Of a stretch of DNA of 64,000 nt, positions 1 to 10,690 are shown piece by piece. A program made the position numbers and the translations under genes. Origin of the DNA: Candidatus Bathyarchaeota archaeon. GTDB taxonomy: Archaea; Thermoproteota; Bathyarchaeia; Bathyarchaeales; Bathycorpusculaceae. The stretch spans positions 64,001 to 128,000 of the forward strand of contig CAWEPZ010000009.1 in NCBI GenBank assembly GCA_963811105.1, written 5' to 3'. Position 1 is the stretch's first letter, and each line of letters begins with the position of its first letter. The notes beneath the pieces were generated by a model. The model was not told the origin of the DNA, made no database searches, and saw nothing but the letters and a program-made list of their open reading frames with translations.

Positions 1-750
1 GCCGTATCCCGTGTCTACGGTTCGGATGGGTAACTCGATGAATTCGTCGCCGACAACCTTGTATTGCATAAAAACCAATGTGCCAACCTCTAAGCCCCGC
101 ACGATGCATTCTACGTCTGGTCCAGCGTTGCCGCCGCCAACCCACACGCCTTCCTTATAGATGACTTCTTCAGATTTTATGCCCAGCGCTTCAGTTGCAA
201 AACGATGGTGGAAGCGTACAGTGGCGTCTTTCCAGTAAATTTCTTTGTCTGGGTAATTGAATGCGTGAGCTCCTCCCATCTCAAAAATGGTTAAGTGCCT
301 GCCGAAGGTTGGGCCGGTATTGGATATGTCTGTTAGCCTAATGGATGGCTGAGAAATCACCAGTGGATTCGCAGGTGGCGGCGAAATGCCTTCGGTTACG
401 TAGGGTTGGAAGTCAATGATGCTTGCATGTGTTAGGTAGATGTCTTTGCGCCAACGGGCAACCACTGGATAGGGTTTTATTCGTGTGTGTCCGTTTTTTT
501 CGAAAAAGCTGAGGAATGCCTCTCTCATCTCCGAAAGGCTGAAACTTTTCTTTGTGGCGGGGTTGTTTATGAAGGTATAGAATCCGCATTCGTCAGAGCT
601 GGATTCGCCGCAGGTTTCCTGGTTCGTATTTTGGGTCCAGAACCACTCGCCGCATTTTGGGCAATGTTTTCTAACGAAGCCTTCCTGTTTGAAGAATGGA
701 AGAGCATAATCTTTCTCTGCGAATTGTGTAGTCAATTTTTGGCGCTCCAT
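1..750 (-). CDS. alaS: Alanyl-tRNA synthetase, archaeal type (5' part, runs off the window start; absent from the ORF track)
   Basis: Manual translation from ATG at 750: N-terminal CPKC Zn ribbon, then [67 protein letters not shown] and VDTGYG. Confidence 0.95.
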   Translation of the reverse strand, partial: MERQKLTTQFAEKDYALPFFKQEGFVRKHCPKCGEWFWTQNTNQETCGESSSDECGFYTFINNPATKKSFSLSEMREAFLSFFEKNGHTRIKPYPVVARWRKDIYLTHASIIDFQPYVTEGISPPPANPLVISQPSIRLTDISNTGPTFGRHLTIFEMGGAHAFNYPDKEIYWKDATVRFHHRFATEALGIKSEEVIYKEGVWVGGGNAGPDVECIVRGLEVGTLVFMQYKVVGDEFIELPIRTVDTGYG

Positions 751-800
751 ATAGTCATTGACTTTGCTGTTAGCTTTTAATGGGTACGAGAATCATGCAT

Positions 801-2213
801 TTAAATAGTTTCGCTCATGTCTTTAACAAAAAAAGAATGCCAGCCCTTAATCATCGGCTTTGGCTCAAAACTGCTTTTCTCTAAACCGTAGCGCCGAAGC
901 GGTTTAGTGAGGTGCCTCTGTGAACGTGTCGAAGTCACATACAAGCCGACCTTAACATTTCTTGGCACAATCATCTCGTTCTTTTTTAATTCAGTAAATT
1001 TGCCGCCGCATTTTTCACAGCGAAACCCTTGATTTTTGCCCATGGACTTCAAATGTTTTCCGCAGTTGGGGCAAACAGGGTTCTCTATTTGTATTTTCGG
1101 TTGGGTGTTTAGGATGTTGATTTTTTCTAAATTAATCGTAAGCGGCTTGCGCTTTGTTGTTTTATGGGCAGCTCCATAGACTTCAACACTGTCGCCAACT
1201 ATGAGTTCCCTTGCGATTTTTCGAAGATTCCCCGTTGGCTCGTAAGCGGCGCAATCCACTTCCGCTGAATCATCCTTAATCGAAAAAATAACATGGCGCA
1301 GAGGCACAATCCTCGGGCTTTGAGAAACAACTCCCCGTACGATGACTGAATTGTAAGGTTCAATCTTGCTTAAGGCTGTCACTTGTTTTAAGTGTCCGTC
1401 TGTGCCTTGGTTTGAACGGAAAATGACCCAGCGCCCAACAGGCTCAAGATAGTTAATAAGCCCAAAAGCTTTTTTCACTACTTCCGGTGACTCGCCCCTT
1501 ATGCCAAAGAGAATTGGATCTGGACCCCTAGGAGTAATAATTACTCTGCGTTTTTCTGAATCCACATTGTTATAGGTGTAGGGTTGTAGTTGTTTATCCA
1601 TTTCAAAAATAGAGGCTTCATCGACTTTTCTTTTTGTACCCCAATTCTGTGGTGTCCGGTAAGCAATCAGCTCGAAGGTATGGTCGATGTTGAGGGTTTC
1701 GCCGATGGCTGCCAAGGCGCCGATGATACCTCTGCAAGAGTTAAAGCCTACTGCTTCAGCCCCAAACCGTTTGATAAGACCTATAGCTTCCTTGATTGTA
1801 GAAATATTTGTTTCTGTTTTTTTCGCAAAATCTCCAAGTTCTTTTGGAATTTCTTGTCTGTTTAGAAAGACTATTCCGGGGTCAGTGCCCTTCTCATTGA
1901 AAGCGGAGGTCTCTTCCCACAGGGAAGTGATTTTGTCTTTGATGGCTTCCTCAAAATCTGGATTAAAGATGAATCTTAAACACAGCGCGCCGTTGCCTCT
2001 TGTTTTCCAAGGTACATTGGGATTAAGTCTAATCAAGCCTGGATAATCAGTAAATTTAACGTGAAATTTTTCGAGTTCTTCGATAAGTAATGCCGCGAGG
2101 TAGGTTGTGCAGCCGCCTTTAGTTGAGTCTGTATCATCTAACCCTATGTGCATTGTCTGTTGTTCTGTCAAAGCATCTTTTCTCCAATTCTTATTTAGAG
2201 AATTGGCTGACAA
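801..2213 (-). CDS. tiaS: tRNA(Ile2) agmatidine synthetase TiaS (true start probably the MHIGLDD Met)
   Basis: IGLDDTDS..GGCTTY, RLNPNVPWKTRGNGA, TPRGPDPILFGIRG, OB fold and C-terminal CPNC/CEKC Zn ribbon. Confidence 0.95.
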   Translation of the reverse strand: MSANSLNKNWRKDALTEQQTMHIGLDDTDSTKGGCTTYLAALLIEELEKFHVKFTDYPGLIRLNPNVPWKTRGNGALCLRFIFNPDFEEAIKDKITSLWEETSAFNEKGTDPGIVFLNRQEIPKELGDFAKKTETNISTIKEAIGLIKRFGAEAVGFNSCRGIIGALAAIGETLNIDHTFELIAYRTPQNWGTKRKVDEASIFEMDKQLQPYTYNNVDSEKRRVIITPRGPDPILFGIRGESPEVVKKAFGLINYLEPVGRWVIFRSNQGTDGHLKQVTALSKIEPYNSVIVRGVVSQSPRIVPLRHVIFSIKDDSAEVDCAAYEPTGNLRKIARELIVGDSVEVYGAAHKTTKRKPLTINLEKINILNTQPKIQIENPVCPNCGKHLKSMGKNQGFRCEKCGGKFTELKKNEMIVPRNVKVGLYVTSTRSQRHLTKPLRRYGLEKSSFEPKPMIKGWHSFFVKDMSETI

Positions 2214-2255
2214 GTTAAAAAATATTGGTTGGCCTTAAGAAAAACTAAGGTTAAC

Positions 2256-2543
2256 TTATATTGTGAGCGGAGGCTGTTCAAAAATCACTTGTTCTTGAAC
2301 TGTTGGCTGCGGTTTATCTGTTATTATTATCGTTAACTTCGAGTTTATTCTGCCGATTTTTTCAATTCTCGTGGTTATTATAGATTTGAGTTTTTCTAAA
2401 CTGTCGGCCTTTACGTTTGCTATTATATCGTAGACGCCCCAAAGGTTATGTGCTTCTTCGACGCCTTCAATTCTTCGCAGCGCCTTCAATATTTCGTATT
2501 CAGCTCCAATTTCAGTATTCAAGAGTACATATGCTACTGGCAT
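2256..2543 (-). CDS. Stand-alone Lrp/AsnC ligand-binding (RAM) domain protein
   Basis: MPVAYVLLNTEIGAE...GVEEAHNLWGVYDIIANV; start moved to ATG 2543 by comparison with its paralogs. Confidence 0.85.
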   Translation of the reverse strand: MPVAYVLLNTEIGAEYEILKALRRIEGVEEAHNLWGVYDIIANVKADSLEKLKSIITTRIEKIGRINSKLTIIITDKPQPTVQEQVIFEQPPLTI

Positions 2544-2938
2544 TTTTCTTGCAATCCCTTTTGATTTTGATGGCGGTTGGCGTGAGAGGTTTGGGCGCTC
2601 TTTTTTTTTCAAGGGGAACAAAAAAGGTTCAATTTGTAACCAAACCTCTTCATCCAACCCAAAAAGTTTGTGTATTCTTTGACAGTGACTGCATTTTCTA
2701 TGGTTAGACGGCTACTTTCTGGGTAATTATCGTGGATTTGCATGTTTGCTTTCGCTCTCTCACTATCAGATACACAGTGGTGATTATTGCTCGAAAAAAA
2801 ATTTAAGACTATGTGACTGTATATGCTCAATCACAACTTCGCATTAATTTCCAAAAAGTATTTTAAGAGTTAAGGTAATAAGAAAAATACTGCTTTATTT
2901 TTCTTCACAGATTATGAAAGAAAAAGAGTTGTTTGTAT

Positions 2939-3217
2939 TTATCGTTCTTCAACAACGATCATTGTCAGTGTTGACCGCACTTTGTCCAGTCGACGAATTC
3001 GCCAAGTGACTATTTCTTTGAGCTTATCCATTGTGTCTGCTTTTACTCTTGCCACTATGTCGTAGACTCCGTAAACAGCTGAAGCTTCTTCTACGCCCTC
3101 GACTTTTTTAAGTTCCTTTAGGACGTCCGATTCTGAACCTATCTCTGTGTTTATTAAAACAAAAGCTGTTGGCAATTCAATCCAATCCTCTAAGTAACAG
3201 ATTAGTTTAGTGTGCAT
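2939..3217 (-). CDS. Stand-alone Lrp/AsnC ligand-binding domain protein (likely start is the TTG of LPTAF)
   Basis: PTAFVLINTEIGSE...VYGVYDIVARV...VRSTLTMIV. Confidence 0.9.
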   Translation of the reverse strand: MHTKLICYLEDWIELPTAFVLINTEIGSESDVLKELKKVEGVEEASAVYGVYDIVARVKADTMDKLKEIVTWRIRRLDKVRSTLTMIVVEER

Positions 3218-3284
3218 TAAAAAGTTTCCTAGAAACCACCCGAGTAAGCGCTTACTTTTTCCTTCGGGGCACAGGGTTTTATGT

Positions 3285-4334
3285 TTACGCGAGTGATTGA
3301 CTTGGTTTTTTAGTAATAATCTGAATACCTGCCCATTGCAGAGCTATATAGGATACTATAAGGCGGAACCACAAAGTCACTATCCTGGTCAGTAAGGTTA
3401 CTGAAAAACTAATAAAAACTGGAACACCTAGAAAACTGAATATTGAGGTCATCACTATTTCTGTAAATCCAAACGTAATCACGCCCACTGTTTGAAGAGT
3501 GCCAGTTAAGGTGAAAACTATAAGGACTGTACTAACTGGAACAGATTGGCCTAAAGCGATAAAAGATAGAAACATGACTCCGATTTCAAAAATAAAGCCT
3601 AAGAATGCGTAAACTATAGGCTTGGCGAGTGCTTTGGGATTAGTTCCCAGCTCCTTAATACCTAAATGAAACCTGCACAAGAATCCTTCTGCTTTGATCT
3701 TGAAATTTTGAGGGTTCCATTTCTTTCTGAAAAATGAAGCCAACCGAATCGCCCAGTTTAGTAGAGTTTTGGTTGCTGATGGCTTATTGCTTACAAAATA
3801 AATGACGAATAAGGACAAAGTTGAAAGTGCTAGGATTAAGGAGATGAAGAAAGTATCTATGAAAGGCAACGAGTAACTGCTCAATAACAATCCTAAACCA
3901 ACACTTAAAGCGGCAACAGTTAATGTTAGCGTAAATATTTTTTGCCCAACAACGGAAGCTCCGATTATGCCAGTGTCTTGGTTTGAGTCTTTAGATAGTA
4001 GGTACGTTTTTGATATTTCTGCTGACCAGCCTAATTGGGGCACAACGGCCTCAAAGAATAGTCCAACTAAAGTGAACAAGAAAGCCTTTCTAAATCTAAG
4101 TTTAACTGATAAGTTGAGTAGAAGTTGGCGCCAAACTAAAGCAGAAAAGATAGTAAAGAGAAAGTAGGATACGAAGGCGCCTGCATATACAGTTATGTTT
4201 GTCTTTAATAGTGTGTCTTCTAGTTTTGTTGGGTTGATAAAGAAATAGAAGTAAAAGGCGAAGGCTACTAGTCCTGCGATTAAAATCAGAAGAATAATAT
4301 TACGACTTACCTGTGTCTGTTTTATTGTTGCCAT
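3285..4334 (-). CDS. Lysylphosphatidylglycerol synthase TM / flippase-like (UPF0104) membrane protein
   Basis: About 8 TM segments, WRQLL motif, GFTE and LLTRIVTLWF C-terminal pattern. Confidence 0.75.
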   Translation of the reverse strand: MATIKQTQVSRNIILLILIAGLVAFAFYFYFFINPTKLEDTLLKTNITVYAGAFVSYFLFTIFSALVWRQLLLNLSVKLRFRKAFLFTLVGLFFEAVVPQLGWSAEISKTYLLSKDSNQDTGIIGASVVGQKIFTLTLTVAALSVGLGLLLSSYSLPFIDTFFISLILALSTLSLFVIYFVSNKPSATKTLLNWAIRLASFFRKKWNPQNFKIKAEGFLCRFHLGIKELGTNPKALAKPIVYAFLGFIFEIGVMFLSFIALGQSVPVSTVLIVFTLTGTLQTVGVITFGFTEIVMTSIFSFLGVPVFISFSVTLLTRIVTLWFRLIVSYIALQWAGIQIITKKPSQSLA

Positions 4335-4597
4335 TTAGCGGTTCAAGTCTTGCTTAACAGTCTTAGTTGCTAAACTATTAAGGCTATACAAAAATCGAGG
4401 CAGCTATTTTATGATTTTCTTATAGTTGTGTTTTACGATTTCGCATGCGTGATTTAATTATGGTTTTTCATTTATCTGTGGAATTTAACTATTAATTTCT
4501 TAATAGTCAAAGAAGTGTAAGTTTGATTAGGTATGGAAAACGCAAGTTAATGAAACAAAATGAGGAGAGCGAAAGTTAACGCTCTTTTAGACTAAAG

Positions 4598-4843
4598 CTA
4601 TTCTTCCGTCATTATCAATGTTAAGGTTGAGCGGACCTTGCTTATGGTTCTTACCTTATGTGTTACCATTTCTTTGAGCCTTTCCATTGAGTCAGCTTTT
4701 ATCTTTGTAATTATGTCATAAACACCATATGAAAAGTAGGCTTCTTCAATGCCTTGAATTTTTCTCAGTTCCGCAACTACCTCTTCTTCGGATCCTGTTT
4801 CAACGTTTATTAATACAAAGGCTTTAGGCATTTGATTCTCCAC
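4598..4843 (-). CDS. Stand-alone Lrp/AsnC ligand-binding domain protein
   Basis: MPKAFVLINVETGSE...YGVYDII...VRSTLTLI. Confidence 0.9.
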   Translation of the reverse strand: MENQMPKAFVLINVETGSEEEVVAELRKIQGIEEAYFSYGVYDIITKIKADSMERLKEMVTHKVRTISKVRSTLTLIMTEE

Positions 4844-4957
4844 TTTATTATTTGGCAGACTCTTAATTAAGATTTTTCTGAAAAAAGAAAAATTAGTTGG
4901 TTTACCAAAAATTTTATGAGTAGTTACGTCTAGACGGATAATTAGGTGAGATAAAAA

Positions 4958-5296
4958 ATGGTTTATTGTACAAAATGTGGAACCTTAAATCCTGATACTG
5001 CAATCACTTGTTCTAATTGCGGTACTCCTCTCTACGGTGCTAATGCAGAAAGTAGACATTATGATTGGCGTGAGCAACGTCATAGGTATTACGAGGAACG
5101 TTACAGTCATTATCGAGGCGGCAGCGGTTTTGGACTTTTAATTGGTGGTTTATTCATTATTCTAATCGCCCTCGGCTTGATTTACGGTGTAGTTTGGCAA
5201 TACTTTTGGCCGTTTGTGCTTGTAATAATTGGTGTGTGGCTTATTCTTACGTTCTTGATGCGCAACCGCAAGTACAGGCAATCGACGCATACTTAG
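4958..5296 (+). CDS. Zinc-ribbon protein with two TM helices
   Basis: CTKCG..CSNCG followed by hydrophobic helices with a YFWP motif; GGTGA RBS. Confidence 0.8.
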   Translation: MVYCTKCGTLNPDTAITCSNCGTPLYGANAESRHYDWREQRHRYYEERYSHYRGGSGFGLLIGGLFIILIALGLIYGVVWQYFWPFVLVIIGVWLILTFLMRNRKYRQSTHT

Positions 5297-5408
5297 GTTA
5301 GCTAACTACCTGTTTAGATTTCTCCATTCTTGGTTGCACATTTTTTCAGTGAGGTACACAAAAGAGTTATATTAATCAGCTTGAAAGGTGTAAGATATTG
5401 CGGGGAAA

Positions 5409-7040
5409 GTGATGGTTAAGTATATTTTCGTGACAGGCGGCGTCCTAAGTTCAGTTGGAAAGGGCATTTTAACATCTTCCATCGGCAAAATGCTTCAAGC
5501 ACGAGGAATAAAACCTACTGTTGTAAAAATTGACCCTTACGTTAACGTTGATGCAGGAACTATGAATCCCTATATGCATGGGGAAGTTTTTGTGACAGAT
5601 GATGGCGGCGAAACTGACCTTGACTTAGGCTGGTACGAGCGATTTTTGGATTTAAGTCTCAAACAAGAAAATAACTTGACAACTGGCATGGTTTACAAGG
5701 CAGTAATTGAAAAGGAGAGACGAGGCGACTTTTTAGGTCGATGTGTTCAAATTGTCCCGCATATAACTAACGAAATTAAGAATCGCATTAAGATAGTCGG
5801 CAAAGCTTCATGTGCTGATGTTGTTTTAACTGAAGTTGGGGGAACCGTAGGGGACATTGAAGGCTTGCCTTTTCTTGAAGCTATACGGCAGATGCGTTTG
5901 GAAGAGGGTTATGAAAATACGCTTTATGTGCATGTGGCTTTGGTTCCGATTTTGGATGTTACCATGGAAATGAAAACTAAACCTTTGCAGCATAGTGTTA
6001 ATGAATTGCGGCGCATCGGTATCCAACCAGACACTATTGTCGCTAGAAGCCCCAAAATGATTGATGAGGAAGCTCTCAGAAAGATAGCTTTGTTCGGAAC
6101 TATTCCTGAAAGCGCTGTCTTTTGCTCTTACAACGCCGATTCCGTCTATCAAGTGCCACTTATTCTGGATAAGCAGGGCATGGGTGACTTCATCTGCCAA
6201 AGACTAGTTTTCAAATGTGAAGGTAAAGACTTCGGACCCTGGCAGCAATACGTTGATGCAGCGGTTAATCCTGAGCATGAGGTTAAAATAGCGTTAGTAG
6301 GCAAATATGCTGGACTAACTGACAGTTACGTAAGCATGACCGAGGCATTGCGGCACGGTGGGGCTGCGAACAAAGCTAAAGTTTGCATATCTTATTTGGA
6401 AGCAGAGAAGCTGGAACATGAACCAGACTGCATAAAAGACCTCGCTAATTTTGACGGCGTTTTTGTTCCTTACGGTTTTGGTCCACGTGGTACTGAAGGC
6501 AAAATTGCAGCTACTAAGTTTGCACGAGAGAACGATATTCCTTTTCTAGGAATTTGCTATGGTTTCCAGTTAGCAGTTATTGAATTTGCTAGGAATGTCT
6601 GTGGCTTAAGTGAGGCGAACAGCACCGAAATTAATCCTGAAAGCCCCTATCCCGTTATTGATCTTATGCCTGAGCAACGTGGAGTAGAACTTAAGGGTGC
6701 AACCATGCGTTTAGGATCTCACAAAATAGTTTTGCAGAAGGGAACATTGGCTTATTCCTTATATGGGCAGGAAGAGATTCACGAGCGGCATCGACACCGA
6801 TTCGAAGTTAACTTAGATTATCTGGAAGCGCTGAAAAATAATGGTTTGTGCTTTACTGGCAAAAGTGCAGACGGAAGAAGAATGGAAACTTTAGAGTTGC
6901 CAAACAAATACTTCTTCTTTGCTTCCCAATTCCACGGTGAATTTAAAAGCCGACCAGGAAGACCCGAACCTGAATACTTTGGTTTTATCCGGGCTTGCGT
7001 TAATAGGAAACTTGGAAAACCAAAAAACCCTATTTCCTAA
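5409..7040 (+). CDS. pyrG: CTP synthase
   Basis: KYIFVTGGVLSSVGKG, KIDPYVNVDAGTM, GICYG and QFHGE glutaminase motifs. Confidence 0.98.
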   Translation: MMVKYIFVTGGVLSSVGKGILTSSIGKMLQARGIKPTVVKIDPYVNVDAGTMNPYMHGEVFVTDDGGETDLDLGWYERFLDLSLKQENNLTTGMVYKAVIEKERRGDFLGRCVQIVPHITNEIKNRIKIVGKASCADVVLTEVGGTVGDIEGLPFLEAIRQMRLEEGYENTLYVHVALVPILDVTMEMKTKPLQHSVNELRRIGIQPDTIVARSPKMIDEEALRKIALFGTIPESAVFCSYNADSVYQVPLILDKQGMGDFICQRLVFKCEGKDFGPWQQYVDAAVNPEHEVKIALVGKYAGLTDSYVSMTEALRHGGAANKAKVCISYLEAEKLEHEPDCIKDLANFDGVFVPYGFGPRGTEGKIAATKFARENDIPFLGICYGFQLAVIEFARNVCGLSEANSTEINPESPYPVIDLMPEQRGVELKGATMRLGSHKIVLQKGTLAYSLYGQEEIHERHRHRFEVNLDYLEALKNNGLCFTGKSADGRRMETLELPNKYFFFASQFHGEFKSRPGRPEPEYFGFIRACVNRKLGKPKNPIS

Positions 7041-7117
7041 AATAACAATTCTATTTTAAGGTATGCAAGACTTAAAGCCTTGTCTTTCTTTAATTCATTT
7101 TAGAGGCGACTTGTTTC

Positions 7118-7624
7118 TTGAACAGTGATTCTAAAGATATGGAGCGGTTTGACGCCAGATTAGATAAAGCTAAAGACTACGCCGAAGTCTGGCAAATAGT
7201 GAAAGACACGGTGCAGTTTGCTTTGGGCAAAAAAAGGGAAAGCATGATGTTGTTTCTGGATGATTTGCCTCTGCAGTTGGGCGCTTATTACCCAGTGGGA
7301 ACCAACAATATTGTTTTAAACAGGGCGCTGGTAGAGATTGTTGAAGCATCCATAAGCTCTAAGCCAACTGTTTGCGCATTGGTGTACAATCTCCTTCTAC
7401 ATGAGTACTTGCATGCATTGGGCGAATTATCCGAAGTTGGCGTAAGACGACAGGTTGTCGAGGTCGCAAAGAAAAGTTTTGGCGAACAGCATATTTCAAC
7501 CGAGCTTGCATGCAAAAGTCCTTGGGTGTTGATAAAAGACCTCCCGCTTGGATCCTTCAACATGAAAAAGCGTGTGATGAAAATTGTGAAAGATTTTGAA
7601 AAACCCGGAAAATACATTGTCTGA
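7118..7624 (+). CDS. Hypothetical protein with HExxH zincin-like motif
   Basis: LLLHEYLHALG with upstream GAYY strand. Confidence 0.7.
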   Translation: MNSDSKDMERFDARLDKAKDYAEVWQIVKDTVQFALGKKRESMMLFLDDLPLQLGAYYPVGTNNIVLNRALVEIVEASISSKPTVCALVYNLLLHEYLHALGELSEVGVRRQVVEVAKKSFGEQHISTELACKSPWVLIKDLPLGSFNMKKRVMKIVKDFEKPGKYIV

Positions 7625-7949
7625 GGCTTGAAGTAAATTATTTTGCTTTTGGTTCTGATTATTATTTTGTGAAATCTCAGTTGTTGACGTGTTTTTGGCA
7701 TAGGCTTGAACTGGTGTTTTAAGTTGGTTTTTTCAAATTGATGCCCGAATTCTTTGCAGGTTGAAGTTTGAAAATGTTTGAATTTGCTTAAAAATGTTTG
7801 ATTGTTTTTAGGATCTTTTGTTTTATCATGATTCTGTGGCTTTGTGCGCTTGGATTTATATTTATTGTTATTTTGTTCTTTGTGTTTTCTGTTGCTGTTT
7901 TTGGTTTGAGCTTTGTTTTGCTTGTAGTTAATGGCAAGCTGCCCTGTTT

Positions 7950-8360
7950 TTATCGTTTGTCTTTTTTGTTTATTGCCATTATTGAAAATTTGATTTGTTT
8001 AACGGGCTTGTTGGCTTTAAGTGCGTCAATTAAGCTTCGCAATCGCTCAGCTGAACCTTTAACAACCATAACTTCTAGGCAGCTTGTTTCCGATAGGTGC
8101 GCGTGTAAGTAAGCAGTTATCATATCTTCAAATTCATGTTGCAGTCTGAACAATTCTCTGTTCTCCTCAGTCTTTTCGTAGAGTACCGTGATGGTTGCAA
8201 TTACGTTTCCTTTAATTTTTTCCAGCACATTGTATTGAGTAAGATACATGCGCACAGCTTGCCTGACTACTTCTGATCGTGTTGCGTTATGTTCTTGGCC
8301 AATCACTGTGTCAAGTTCTTCGAGTAATTCGTTAGATAATGAAAGGCTAATTATGCTCAC
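7950..8360 (-). CDS. nikR: NikR-family (RHH + ACT) metal-responsive regulator
   Basis: IISLSL..RSEVVRQA ribbon-helix-helix; QH..HAH..CLE metal site. Confidence 0.85.
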   Translation of the reverse strand: MSIISLSLSNELLEELDTVIGQEHNATRSEVVRQAVRMYLTQYNVLEKIKGNVIATITVLYEKTEENRELFRLQHEFEDMITAYLHAHLSETSCLEVMVVKGSAERLRSLIDALKANKPVKQIKFSIMAINKKDKR

Positions 8361-8488
8361 TAAAGTTCACCCAATCTTAATCTAATGTTGTCTATTAGTT
8401 GATTGATTATTAAAAAAGAGACAAAATTTAATAAGCCTTGCTAGATAATCTGAAATGAGGAATAAACAATTTAGTAAATTCCTCCTGA

Positions 8489-9178
8489 GTGCTAACAATT
8501 ATGGCAGATTCAAACGGTTATTTCCTGAAAGTTTCAAACCTGAAAGTCCAGATTCAAAATGAAATAATCCTTGAAAATGTCCATTTTGAAATCAAAAAAG
8601 GAACCATTTTGGCTATAGTAGGACCCAACGGTGCAGGAAAAACCATGTTGTTTAGGACCTTGCTAAATTTGATGCCCTATACAGGAAAGATTGAATGGAG
8701 CGAAAAAGCCAAAATCGGCTACGTGCCACAAAACGTGAGCGTTAAAGATATTCCAATTTCAGTAAGAGAATTTCTTGCCTACAAAAAAGGATTGGACGTT
8801 GAAAACGTGTTAACCGCTGTAAGGCTTGAACCAGAAATAATGAACAAGACATTAAGCATTTTGTCTGGCGGGCAACTTCGCCGAGTTTTGGTGGCTTGGG
8901 CATTAATGGATGACCCGAACGTATTGCTGTTTGATGAACCCACAGTTGGTGTCGACATAGGCGGGGAAGAATCCATTTTTTCAACGTTGAAGGATTTGAA
9001 GGAAAAAAAGAATATGACTATACTGCTCATTACCCACGATGTCCACCTAGTTAGAGAGTACACTGACCAACTGCTTGGATTAAACAAATGTACAACTTTT
9101 TTTGGTGACTCACAGCAGATAGCTGAACCCTCATTACAGGAAAAAATTTATGGTGAAAGAGTGTGCTTAGCACCTTAA
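8489..9178 (+). CDS. Zn/Mn ABC transporter ATP-binding subunit (ZnuC-like)
   Basis: GPNGAGKT, IGYVPQ, LSGGQ, DEPTVGVD, ITHD. Confidence 0.9.
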   Translation: MLTIMADSNGYFLKVSNLKVQIQNEIILENVHFEIKKGTILAIVGPNGAGKTMLFRTLLNLMPYTGKIEWSEKAKIGYVPQNVSVKDIPISVREFLAYKKGLDVENVLTAVRLEPEIMNKTLSILSGGQLRRVLVAWALMDDPNVLLFDEPTVGVDIGGEESIFSTLKDLKEKKNMTILLITHDVHLVREYTDQLLGLNKCTTFFGDSQQIAEPSLQEKIYGERVCLAP

Positions 9179-9197
9179 AAGGAGCAAGGTCGAAGCG

Positions 9198-9986
9198 ATG
9201 ATTGATACTGTAATCTACAGTCTAATAGTGGGTATAGCGGTCGGGTTTTCTGCAGGTTATTTAGGGTCAGTTATGGTTCTTGAAAAAATGGCCCTAGTCG
9301 GTGACGCCATGTCACATGTTGCTTTGCCCGGTCTCGCATTAGGGGTTTTGCTGGGTTTTAATCCGATCCTCGGAGGTTTCGTGTTTCTATTTGTATCCGC
9401 TGTACTAGTTTGGTATTTAAGTAGAGTTACAAAGCTATCTTTTGAAACCTTAGTTGGCGCCGCTTTCACATTGGCGTTGGCAATAGGCATTCTGCTTTAC
9501 GGCGACAGGTTGGATGCTCTTGAATCAGCCCTTTTTGGTGATATAACTAAGGTAGGTTTGATTTACGCCGTTTTTTCGGTGATAGTAGCTGCGGTTATTG
9601 TTTTTCTGACGCATTTAATTTACAAGAAAATAGTGTTAAGTTTAATTTCTGACGAATTAGCCAAATCAAAGGGGATAAACACAGCCCTCACAAACCTACT
9701 GTACCTGCTGCTTGTATCTGTTACAGTAGCAATAGGCATACAGGTGACCGGCACATTGCTAGTCGGTTTTCTTGTGGTAACGCCTGCTGCAGCCTCCCGC
9801 ATCATAAGTGGTAATCTGTCAAAGTACTTTACTCTTAGCGCAATCTTTGGAGCAGTCTCCGCAGTGTCCGGAATAATCCTATCAACAGAACTGAATATTC
9901 TTCCTGGGCCTCTAATAGTCATTTCAGGAGTAGCAATCTTTGTTATAGTTTTAACATATAGATGGCGCAAAAAAATAATGGTGTAA
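9198..9986 (+). CDS. Zn/Mn ABC transporter permease (ZnuB/ABC-3)
   Basis: GDAMSHVALPG, LFGD and GTLLV..TPAAAS motifs. Confidence 0.9.
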   Translation: MIDTVIYSLIVGIAVGFSAGYLGSVMVLEKMALVGDAMSHVALPGLALGVLLGFNPILGGFVFLFVSAVLVWYLSRVTKLSFETLVGAAFTLALAIGILLYGDRLDALESALFGDITKVGLIYAVFSVIVAAVIVFLTHLIYKKIVLSLISDELAKSKGINTALTNLLYLLLVSVTVAIGIQVTGTLLVGFLVVTPAAASRIISGNLSKYFTLSAIFGAVSAVSGIILSTELNILPGPLIVISGVAIFVIVLTYRWRKKIMV

Positions 9987-10010
9987 TAAATTAAGGAAAA
10001 GTTGAGTTGC

Positions 10011-10583
10011 CTAGTAGTTTTCAACCCAAACTTCAAAGAACGCTTTCGGATGAGCACATACTGGACATTTGTCTGGTACTTGCGTTCCTTCGAAGACGTA
10101 ACCGCAGTTTCTGCATTTCCACTTAATCGGCTGGTCTTTCTTGAATACTTTGTCTTGCGTTACGCTTTCAACCAGTTTATTGTATCTGCGTTCATGATAA
10201 GCTTCGACTTTTCCAACCATTCGAAATGTTGCAGCAACATCTGCAAAACCTTCCTGTTCAGCAACCTCTGCAAAGTTAGGATAAAGTGTGCCCCACTCAA
10301 GCTTTTCACCTGCAGCTGCCGCTTTTAAGTTGTCAACTGTTGAACCGATTACGCCTGCCGGATAAGAAGCTCGGATTTCAACTATTCCACCTTTAAGGTG
10401 GTTAAAGAAAAGCTGTGCATGTTCTTTCTCATTGCCTGCTGTTTCCTCGAAAATGGCGCCGATTTGTTCATATCCTTCTTTTCGTGCAACGCTGGCAAAA
10501 AATGTATATTTATTTCTTGCTTGTGATTCTCCCGCGAATGCTGCTAGGAGGTTCTTTTCTGATTGGCTACCTACAAAATTCAT
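10011..10583 (-). CDS. rbr: Rubrerythrin
   Basis: NLLAAFAGESQARNKY, EKEHA, EAYHE and C-terminal WKCRNCGY..CPVC rubredoxin domain. Confidence 0.95.
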   Translation of the reverse strand: MNFVGSQSEKNLLAAFAGESQARNKYTFFASVARKEGYEQIGAIFEETAGNEKEHAQLFFNHLKGGIVEIRASYPAGVIGSTVDNLKAAAAGEKLEWGTLYPNFAEVAEQEGFADVAATFRMVGKVEAYHERRYNKLVESVTQDKVFKKDQPIKWKCRNCGYVFEGTQVPDKCPVCAHPKAFFEVWVENY

Positions 10584-10690
10584 TTTCTTTGCTCCTAAGT
10601 AATAAACTTAGAAACGCAAAATAAAAGTGTTCCCAGTAAACTATTCAGGTCGATGTATACGCTTTTATCTTGCTTGAACTTTAGTACCTT

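Noticed and set aside
487-780. 97-aa + strand ORF and similar antisense ORFs (e.g. 1687, 5826, 9620, 62459)
   Set aside because: Shadows of well-supported genes on the opposite strand.
7630-7945. Extremely T/G-skewed stretch
   Set aside because: No periodic repeat, credible ORF or stable stem found; treated as low-complexity spacer.
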